Position numbers and translations under genes: made by a program
DNA from: a virus
Strand: one strand, 5' to 3'
Length of the DNA: 34,575 nt
Virus record (IMG/VR): IMGVR_UViG_3300035670_009674
Span: 1-34,575 of that record
Part shown: positions 7,083 through 13,697 of the stretch, piece by piece
Layout: each line of letters opens with the position of its first letter
How positions within the stretch are numbered: position 1 is the first letter of the stretch
The notes under the pieces: model-generated
Told to the model about the DNA's origin: nothing
Seen by the model: only the letters and a program-made list of their open reading frames with translations
The model's database searches: none

Positions 7083-9575
7083 ATGCCGTCAAAGGAAATC
7101 TACTCCTTCCTGATCGACAGGGCTCCGCTTCTTGAGGCTCATCATAAAGAGCTGAATGAGAAGCGGGGCTTCTCCGATAAGACGATCGCTCGCTTCAAGC
7201 TGAAGAGTTGCGGAAAGCATTTTCTTGAGCTTGAAGCTGAGCTTTCATCGAAATTTCAGGAATCTAATTTGATCGCTTCCGGCGTCTTCCTCAACGACGG
7301 CAAGCAATCGCGCATCAATCCAGTCCTAACCGAAGAAAGAGTCCTGATACCTTATCTTGACCAAAACGGAGCTTATTACATCCGGCCCCATAAACTTGGT
7401 CTGGCAGGCATTCCAGTTGAGATCTACCAAACGCTTAACCTTGCTGAGAACCCAGGCGAGATCGTTCTGACAGAGGGTGAGTTTAAAGCAGTTGCCGGCA
7501 TGCAGTACGGCATCCCGACAATCGCGGTCCCTGGGATATCAAGTTTCTCCGAAGCGCATTTCCCGCGTCTCGTAAAACTGCTCAATGATTTTAAGATCAG
7601 AAAAGTTACTGTCTTATTCGATAACGAAGTCAAAGATAATCCTGCGTTTCCTGACCGCTACAAAGAAAACCCAACCGATCGTTACGACACGCAGTTTTAT
7701 GCTTATTACATGGCGAAGAAGCTCGATACCGAGGGTTTTGAGTCGCGGATCGCTTGGCTCCCTGACGGATGGAGAGAAGGGGGCAAGATCGATATTGACG
7801 GAGCGGCCGCTCAAGGCCGGACAGCTGGAGATATCAAGAAAATAATCTTCGACGCCAAGAGCCATAACATTTATCTGAACGACCTAGCAGGAGAGGCCAA
7901 GCAGATAATCCTTCGGAAAAACTCGCAGAAGCGCCACAGAAGCCATGTAGCCAAGGAATTCGGGCATTATGTGGCCACCAGGCGCAGGGGAAAGACCGAG
8001 TGGACTGAGATCATCTCTAATTTTCTTATCAAAATCATAGCCACCCACGAAACCCCGGAGGGCATCATCCGTGAGGTTGTGTTTGTAAACGAGTTTGGGG
8101 AACATTCCACCAGTTTCAGCCTGCCGCCGGAGTCAATGTCAGGCACCGACGCTTTCTCAACCTTCTGCCTTGGCCGGGGGAACTTTGTCTGGCGCGGGTC
8201 AAAAGAGGACTTGTCAACGATCTGGGAGTCTGAATTTCTAATGATGGACGAGGGCCGCAGGATCAGCGAGCCGGACCATATCGGATGGGTAGAGCGTGAC
8301 AAAATCTGGCTGTTTGGGAACGTGGCAATCAGACAGGACGGCACTGAAATCAGGCCAGACAAGAATCATATCTTCTGGTTCGAGAAAAAGGGCATAAAAC
8401 CGATACCTTTAGGGGTCACGACGGGCAAAACGACCATCAGTGAGGGTGTGCCATACCTAAGCTTGCAATCATGCCATATAAACGAAATAAAGCAGAGACT
8501 CTCGGAATCTATCGGGGCAAATCCAGCGAGCCTTTGCCTAGGGTGGGTTTCGGCGATACCGTTTCTTGAAGAGGTGTTTGATCTGTACGGGTGCTTTCCG
8601 TTCCTGTTCATTACCGGGCGGCGAGGATCCGGTAAGTCCACTGTCGCCGAATGGCTGATGAACTTCTTTGGGCTTGAGAATGCCGGGAAGATGGCGGCTG
8701 ATACCACTCCTGTCGGGTGCCAGCGGTATCTATCCTACTATTCGAGCCTGCCAGTCTTCCTTGATGAGTATCGGAACACCAAACAGATCAAGTACAAAGA
8801 CGGTTTTTTCAGGAATGCCTATAACAGACAGTCAGCCGGCAAGGGTATCAAGGCCGATTTTGGGGTGCGCGAAGCAAAGATCAGGGGAACGCTTCTCTTC
8901 TCCGGGGAGGAAACCCCGGAGGACAACGCCCTATTAACCCGCTCGATAGTCGCCATCGTCAGCGAGAAAAACCGTACCACGAACCATTTTGACTGGTTTC
9001 AGAAGTATCGGACCCGTTTCAGTTCACATTTTTTGGACCTTTTGAAGCGGCGTAACACCTTAATCGAGCCGTTTTTTAAGATCCTCAAAGAAGCAAAGGA
9101 GCACTTCCTGTCGAGCGGAATCGATGACCGGCTGGCTATCAATTACGCGATCGTAGCGGCCGGCTATGCCACGGCCTTCGGGGAAGATGATATTGACTTC
9201 GCCAAGTTTATGACTGGCGAAACCCAGCGCGTCAAAGAGGAGTACCAAGACGAACAAGCCGTGAACATCTTTCTCGAAGACCTAATCGCCATCAAGACAC
9301 GCGGCATGATAAACGGCGACTACTGGGCTATAGATGACCACAAGATTTACCTGTATTTCCACGGCCTCTACAGCGTTTGGTCAGAACACTTCCGCCGGAC
9401 CAGGGGGGTTGAGCCTTTCAAAGCGTCTGCGATACGGGATTACCTGAAAGAGGAGCCTGGATTTGTCGGATCAAATTTTACAAAAAAGATCAATGGCCAG
9501 CCAAAAAAATGCTCGGTTTTTGACATTCAAAAATCATGCGAAACAGTAAAAATGCTCGTTGGGGTTGATTTATGA
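7083..9575 (+). CDS. Bifunctional DNA primase (TOPRIM) / P-loop helicase
   Basis: 830 aa. TOPRIM-like IVLTEGEFKAVA...VTVLFDNEVKDNP. Walker A GRRGSGKST. Walker B VFLDEYR. The iteron origin lies directly downstream. Confidence 0.85.
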   Translation: MPSKEIYSFLIDRAPLLEAHHKELNEKRGFSDKTIARFKLKSCGKHFLELEAELSSKFQESNLIASGVFLNDGKQSRINPVLTEERVLIPYLDQNGAYYIRPHKLGLAGIPVEIYQTLNLAENPGEIVLTEGEFKAVAGMQYGIPTIAVPGISSFSEAHFPRLVKLLNDFKIRKVTVLFDNEVKDNPAFPDRYKENPTDRYDTQFYAYYMAKKLDTEGFESRIAWLPDGWREGGKIDIDGAAAQGRTAGDIKKIIFDAKSHNIYLNDLAGEAKQIILRKNSQKRHRSHVAKEFGHYVATRRRGKTEWTEIISNFLIKIIATHETPEGIIREVVFVNEFGEHSTSFSLPPESMSGTDAFSTFCLGRGNFVWRGSKEDLSTIWESEFLMMDEGRRISEPDHIGWVERDKIWLFGNVAIRQDGTEIRPDKNHIFWFEKKGIKPIPLGVTTGKTTISEGVPYLSLQSCHINEIKQRLSESIGANPASLCLGWVSAIPFLEEVFDLYGCFPFLFITGRRGSGKSTVAEWLMNFFGLENAGKMAADTTPVGCQRYLSYYSSLPVFLDEYRNTKQIKYKDGFFRNAYNRQSAGKGIKADFGVREAKIRGTLLFSGEETPEDNALLTRSIVAIVSEKNRTTNHFDWFQKYRTRFSSHFLDLLKRRNTLIEPFFKILKEAKEHFLSSGIDDRLAINYAIVAAGYATAFGEDDIDFAKFMTGETQRVKEEYQDEQAVNIFLEDLIAIKTRGMINGDYWAIDDHKIYLYFHGLYSVWSEHFRRTRGVEPFKASAIRDYLKEEPGFVGSNFTKKINGQPKKCSVFDIQKSCETVKMLVGVDL

Positions 9576-9880
9576 AGTTACCTTTTCAAAAGGTAACTTT
9601 TTTGAAAGGTAACCTAAAAGGTAACCGTGAAATAACAGATAAAAAAAGGCTAAAAGTTACCAAGTTACCTTTCAGTGGAATGATTTTGCCTTTTTTGAAA
9701 AATATCGAAAACCACTTGTTGATAACCTGTTTATATCGCAAAAAAGCGATTTTCCAGGACACATGTGTTTTGAATGGTAACCGAGGTAACTTGGTAACTT
9801 TTGGTCATTTTACAGATAAAAAACACGGTTACCTTTTAGGTTACCTTTTGAATTTCGGTTACCTTTTATGGCGGTTACCG
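9576..9880. repeat. Iteron-rich candidate replication origin
   Basis: 13 exact GGTAAC/GTTACC cores, mostly as AAAGGTAAC or GTTACCTTT. GTTACC starts at 9577. Forward cores at 9592, 9608, 9620. Reverse at 9656, 9664. Forward at 9776, 9785, 9793. Reverse at 9828, 9840, 9858, 9874. Each block contains ACAGATAAAAAA (9635 and 9812). AT-rich spacer at about 9670-9775. Perfect 11-bp inverted repeat at 9576-9598. Confidence 0.8.
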
Positions 9881-9881
9881 T

Positions 9882-10169
9882 ATGTTTGAAAAATTGTCCG
9901 CTGATCCGCAGGTTCTTTACAACAAACTCGTATCAGGCATGGAATGGATCAATCGGTATCTACACAAGCGCGGCCATGACGCGCACATAGACGCTGAGAT
10001 CGAGCGGTTTAGGGCCGAGGTTGTCGGACCGCTGGATGAAGCATGGTCCAAAATGACTGATCCGGAAAAAGAGGCATTCAGGCGCCGGAACCCAATAAAG
10101 TCCTCGCGCGGGAAAATTCAACCGCCAGTGGCCCAAAAAAACGGGGTAGGAAGGATAGTGACCTGGTGA
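9882..10169 (+). CDS. Hypothetical protein (95 aa)
   Basis: ORF in the co-directional gene string; its stop overlaps the next start. Confidence 0.55.
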   Translation: MFEKLSADPQVLYNKLVSGMEWINRYLHKRGHDAHIDAEIERFRAEVVGPLDEAWSKMTDPEKEAFRRRNPIKSSRGKIQPPVAQKNGVGRIVTW

Positions 10170-10444
10170 GTATCCAAGACACCCTAAAACAGCTCGCTGA
10201 GCACAATATCAAGCTTAGAGGACAGGTCGAAGCTCTAACTGGACAGATCCAGTCTATTTTGGACCAGACGCATAGGGCCTTCCGGCTGAAGGATGAAGCA
10301 ATTAATGTTTTGATTGGTGAAAGAACAGCTTTAAAAGGATTTATAAAGAAACTTTCGGAAGAGAATCAAAAATTAAGGAAAGAAAATGAAAAATATGAAA
10401 TAGCAGAGCTGGAAAGGAGCTGGAGAGATGATGAGCCCGCGTGA
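10166..10444 (+). CDS. Hypothetical coiled-coil protein (92 aa)
   Basis: GTG start in a GTGA overlap. Heptad-like sequence (LKQLAEHNIKLRGQVEAL.., KLSEENQKLRKENEKYE). Confidence 0.55.
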   Translation: MSIQDTLKQLAEHNIKLRGQVEALTGQIQSILDQTHRAFRLKDEAINVLIGERTALKGFIKKLSEENQKLRKENEKYEIAELERSWRDDEPA

Positions 10445-10562
10445 CATCTTTAGGGAAAACCTACTGACCATGATCTCGAGATTTTTAAGCGTTCCATACA
10501 ACCTAACCGAAGAAGAAATCAAAGCTGAGCTTAAGAGGACCCTGGATGAATGGGAAAGGTGA
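10428..10562 (+). CDS. Small hypothetical protein (44 aa), below the ORF-track cutoff
   Basis: AAGGAG at 10414-10419, 8 nt before ATG 10428. Translation MMSPRDIFRENLLTMISRFLSVPYNLTEEEIKAELKRTLDEWER. It fills an otherwise non-coding gap. Confidence 0.45.
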   Translation: MMSPRDIFRENLLTMISRFLSVPYNLTEEEIKAELKRTLDEWER

Positions 10563-10773
10563 TAGGCCAAGACTTGTGAATCAAACAGTATATGACAGAA
10601 ATTATGACGCTATTTTTAACCGCAAAGAACTTTCAATCTACCACCCGAAGAAAATTTGGGAGTGTGAAAAGTGCGGATACGAAGGTGAGGCGCAGCGCGG
10701 TGGATCATGCGGAGTCTTACATTTTTACTGCCGAAAGTGTGGGGAGCTAATGTGGGAAAAGGATGTGAGCTGA
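10546..10773 (+). CDS. Zinc-ribbon protein (75 aa)
   Basis: CEKCGYEG..x16..CRKCG pair of CxxC motifs. Confidence 0.6.
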   Translation: MNGKGDRPRLVNQTVYDRNYDAIFNRKELSIYHPKKIWECEKCGYEGEAQRGGSCGVLHFYCRKCGELMWEKDVS

Positions 10774-11024
10774 TGGATAGAAAAATTCAAGAGAGTTTAA
10801 ACAAAATACAAATTGTGAAAAATAAAAACTACTACCAACGGCACATGACATACAAAGAATGGTATGAAAAAGGCGGGAGATTAAAAGGTTGTATACCGTT
10901 TGAAGAGTGGGCGTTCGCTTCAGAAGAATGGATTAAAGGTTTTAGAGAAGGATCAAGATCAGCATGGCTTTACCAAGCGAATATGTGGGGGCGGAAGCTA
11001 AGAACAAAAATGCTCTCAAAATAA
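10773..11024 (+). CDS. Hypothetical protein (83 aa)
   Basis: ATG 10773 overlaps the preceding TGA (TGATG). The upstream extension to 10707 overlaps the zinc-ribbon gene and is unlikely. Confidence 0.5.
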   Translation: MDRKIQESLNKIQIVKNKNYYQRHMTYKEWYEKGGRLKGCIPFEEWAFASEEWIKGFREGSRSAWLYQANMWGRKLRTKMLSK

Positions 11025-11033
11025 GAGATTAAA

Positions 11034-11231
11034 ATGAACCTTTACCAAAAATGCAAAGCGTGCGGGGCTTCGATATTTTTTATGAAGACACGCCTCGGGA
11101 AAATGATCCCAGTGAATGTCGAGACGATAGGTGACGGGAAGATTTTTGACCCCAAGACAATGACGGCGTATTTCGCGACTTGTCCTTATGCCGAGCAATT
11201 TAGGAAGGCGAAGAAAGAGGGAAAAATTTGA
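11034..11231 (+). CDS. Small Cys-containing protein (65 aa), zinc-finger-like
   Basis: CKAC near the N-terminus plus a distal TCPY. Confidence 0.5.
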   Translation: MNLYQKCKACGASIFFMKTRLGKMIPVNVETIGDGKIFDPKTMTAYFATCPYAEQFRKAKKEGKI

Positions 11232-11245
11232 TGGTCGGTGATTAT

Positions 11246-11274
11246 TTGCTCTTGCAATGTTATCTATTTATAAA
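11246..11274 (+). promoter_or_regulatory. Candidate promoter for the late operon: TTGCTC-N17-TATAAA
   Basis: Hexamers at 11246-11251 and 11269-11274, in the 55-nt gap before the cupin gene. Confidence 0.4.
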
Positions 11275-11286
11275 GTGAGGTGAAGA

Positions 11287-11655
11287 ATGAAAAACACAAA
11301 CGTTAAAAATCGGCCGGTTTCTATCTTTACGCGCTTAATAACGCGAAAATGGGGCTCGTATCGAGTGATGAGAGAGTCTAAAAATCAAAGCATCAAAATC
11401 AAAACACTTTTTTTTGATCCAGGGAAGGCCACGAGCATGCAAAAGCATTCCCACAGAAGCGAGATTCTGTTCTGCCGATATGGGGAGGTTATTGTTTTTA
11501 ATCCTCGCGGGTGGACTTCTCTCCAGGAAGGAAAATATCTAATCGTTAAGCCGAAAGAGTGGCATCGGATAGAGGCCGGGGCCAGCGGCGCGACTCTTTT
11601 AGAGGTTCAGTTCGGCCAGAAATGCTACGAGCGAGATATTGAGCGTGCGTCATGA
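11287..11655 (+). CDS. Cupin-domain protein resembling the type II phosphomannose isomerase (PMI) domain
   Basis: RKWGSY...IKIKTLFFDPGKATSMQKHSHRSEILFCRYGEV...KPKEWHRIEAG..ATLLEVQFGQKCYERDIER. This parallels the RPWGxY..lSlQxHxHRxEhW..HR..N..EvQxGxylxEdDIxR pattern of ManC/AlgA C-terminal PMI domains. GAGGTGA RBS. Confidence 0.7.
   Translation: MKNTNVKNRPVSIFTRLITRKWGSYRVMRESKNQSIKIKTLFFDPGKATSMQKHSHRSEILFCRYGEVIVFNPRGWTSLQEGKYLIVKPKEWHRIEAGASGATLLEVQFGQKCYERDIERAS
11309..11345 (+). repeat. 37-nt dispersed repeat copy 1 (partner at 17866..17902)
   Basis: ATCGGCCGGTTTCTATCTTTACGCGCTTAATAACGCG is 36/37 identical to the partner, in the same orientation. Confidence 0.95.
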
Positions 11656-11906
11656 ATATCAAGGATTGTTACGACCCAGAGATCATGGATCGCGGGATCC
11701 GGAGGGGGTTTTGGATTTATCGCGAAAGTAAATGTGTGATTGATGAGAAAAAAATCAAAATTATTGAACTGTATTTGAAAGAAAAAAAATCCTACCGTGA
11801 GATTCAATCCGAGCTGAAGGTAAGTCCAAACATAATCAAAAAAACTATTGTTTTGGCCATGAGGACTTATCCGTTCCTTAAGAAATACGCTATCACTAGA
11901 AAATAA
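11652..11906 (+). CDS. Small HTH protein (84 aa); possible late regulator or terminase-associated DNA-binding protein
   Basis: ATGA overlap with the cupin gene. KKSYREIQSELKVSPNIIKKTI resembles a resolvase/terminase-small-type HTH. Confidence 0.55.
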   Translation: MNIKDCYDPEIMDRGIRRGFWIYRESKCVIDEKKIKIIELYLKEKKSYREIQSELKVSPNIIKKTIVLAMRTYPFLKKYAITRK

Positions 11907-11960
11907 CAGTTTTTCACTCTTAGAACAGTCTTTCTGCACTATTAGTAGAGGGATAATAGT

Positions 11961-12350
11961 GTGGACGAAAAGATCGTCAAAAATCGTATTTATACCCAAG
12001 AGGGGACTGGTAAGTTCCGGCCAGGGAATCCAGGTAAGCCAAAAGGCGCTATCAGCCACGAGCAACGGATCCGAACAGAGATCCTCGGTTGCTGGAATTC
12101 AAAATCTCGAAAGATCTTAAAGTGGAAACTCAAAAATCCGGAAACATTCATGGAGGCCGTGAGAGTGCTTCTGGCGCTCATGGTCAAGTCAGAGACTAAG
12201 AATGAATTCAATTTTGGAGACAGACACAACACCAATATCACCAACATCCTCAATTCAGGGACTAAAGAAGAACAAGACAAATTACTTAACTCAAGCCTTG
12301 AGAGAATCAATCGCCTTAGAGAGCTGGTTGCTCGAGAAAGCCACGCGTGA
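11961..12350 (+). CDS. Terminase small subunit candidate (DUF5681-like N-terminus)
   Basis: GTG start with GAGGG RBS. The GKFRPGNPGKPKGA motif is typical of small phage proteins encoded just upstream of large terminases. Confidence 0.55.
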   Translation: MDEKIVKNRIYTQEGTGKFRPGNPGKPKGAISHEQRIRTEILGCWNSKSRKILKWKLKNPETFMEAVRVLLALMVKSETKNEFNFGDRHNTNITNILNSGTKEEQDKLLNSSLERINRLRELVARESHA

Positions 12351-13686
12351 GCATTTCTACATCTTCTTCGAAGAAATCTTCTCGGAGAGTATCAAAGCGG
12401 TCGAAGGTCGATTCATTGACGGTTCCCATTTCCGAGAATGGTGCCACGATCTCCAAGATCAGAAACGCACCTCGGTCGAATCCGCCAGAAAGCACGCCAA
12501 GTCAACAATCTTCTACGCATGGATCATGTGGCAGCTTTGGAAAAACGATCTGCCATATTTTGAAGGGCTTTTTATCAGCTACAAAGAAGACCTGTCAGCG
12601 TATCACCTCAAGGCTGTCAATCGGTACATTGAAGCAAATCCTTATTTCAAAGGGTTTCGGAAGATGACGCCTGCTGAAACTATTGTCCACTATGAGAAAG
12701 AAGGAAAGAAATTCCTTTTTGAGCCGGAAGGAATAATGAGTTTCAAACGAGGCCGTCATCCTCACGCTGTCCTTTGTGATGATATTTTGCGTGACCCGGA
12801 AGTCAAACTTGACATTTCACAGATTGAAAAGATTACAGACATATTTAAGAGAGAAGTTCTTTCTCTTCCGAAAGAAGATGGTTTCCTGCATCTCCGAGGC
12901 ACAAGGCAGGATGAAAACGATATTTTTGACAGTTTAAAAAAAGACCTCTCATTCCTGGCAAAGTCTTATCCGGCAGTCATCAGCGACACAGAAGGTAAGG
13001 TCTTGTGGCCAGAGATGTTTCCTATCGAGAAGCTTAGGAATATCAGGAATTCGATAGGCGAGAAAACTTTCGGCAAAGAATATCTTTGCCACCCGGTTCG
13101 CGGAGCTGAGGGATTTTTCAGGCGTGAGAACATAGACAGAATAACAAAATTAAAACTAAGAGCTTACGATCTCTCGAAGACTCTCTCGCTCCGTGAGTAT
13201 TGCTATGCAGGATTCGATATAGGGAAGAAGACCCACCCGTCTCATCTAGCCGTCTTCGGCGTCGATAGGAAGGGCCGTTTAGTCCAAGTCCACTCCAAAT
13301 GGATGGACGGGTGGGATTATATCGATCAGCTGGCTCACATCAAAGACGCGATCGACTGCTTTAAGATCGCAAGACTGTATTACGACAACACGCGTGCTGA
13401 ATTCGAATCATTTCACGAGTCAGGAAGCCTTCCTGCTGAGATGGATGGTGTTGTTTTCACCCAGAAAAGCAAATTCTCAATGGCCTCAGAGCTGGACAAG
13501 CTTGTGACTCAGGGCCGCATCTGGTTGTTAAACGAAGAAAGACAGAAAAAACAATTGCTTTGCGTTGATAACGATTTGCAAGCGGTCCAAACATCCGAGG
13601 GACATGGAGACTCATTTTTCTCAATATGCCTTGCCGTCAAAGCGTTCACCGATGGACAGGGTGTCGGCGTTTGGGAGCTGAATTAA
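12202..13686 (+). CDS. terL: Terminase large subunit
   Basis: About 450-494 aa, directly upstream of the portal gene. ATPase-like ARKHAKST and HAVLCDDIL (Walker B-like). C-terminal nuclease-type acidic residues (YYDNT.., GHGDSFFS). Start uncertain: ATG 12202 overlaps the previous gene by 149 nt, and in-frame TTG codons at 12298 and 12328 are alternatives. Confidence 0.8.
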   Translation: MNSILETDTTPISPTSSIQGLKKNKTNYLTQALRESIALESWLLEKATREHFYIFFEEIFSESIKAVEGRFIDGSHFREWCHDLQDQKRTSVESARKHAKSTIFYAWIMWQLWKNDLPYFEGLFISYKEDLSAYHLKAVNRYIEANPYFKGFRKMTPAETIVHYEKEGKKFLFEPEGIMSFKRGRHPHAVLCDDILRDPEVKLDISQIEKITDIFKREVLSLPKEDGFLHLRGTRQDENDIFDSLKKDLSFLAKSYPAVISDTEGKVLWPEMFPIEKLRNIRNSIGEKTFGKEYLCHPVRGAEGFFRRENIDRITKLKLRAYDLSKTLSLREYCYAGFDIGKKTHPSHLAVFGVDRKGRLVQVHSKWMDGWDYIDQLAHIKDAIDCFKIARLYYDNTRAEFESFHESGSLPAEMDGVVFTQKSKFSMASELDKLVTQGRIWLLNEERQKKQLLCVDNDLQAVQTSEGHGDSFFSICLAVKAFTDGQGVGVWELN

Positions 13687-13697
13687 AGGGGTGATGG

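Noticed and set aside
9576-9880. Possible CRISPR array, because of the many short repeats
   Set aside because: The repeat unit is only 6-11 nt, it occurs in both orientations at irregular spacing, and there are no repeat-spacer units of CRISPR size.
9572-9889. 105-aa + strand ORF covering the region after the primase-helicase gene
   Set aside because: Its sequence (GNLKGN, GYLLGYLLNFGYLLW) is simply the translation of the GGTAAC iterons. It has no RBS and the region is better explained as an origin.
11625-12065. 146-aa minus-strand ORF across the HTH gene and the small terminase start
   Set aside because: It is antisense to co-directional genes that have RBSs, and no motifs were recognised.
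12347-12667. 106-aa alternative-frame ORF within the large terminase gene
   Set aside because: Ser/Lys-rich low-complexity translation overlapping a well-supported terminase frame.
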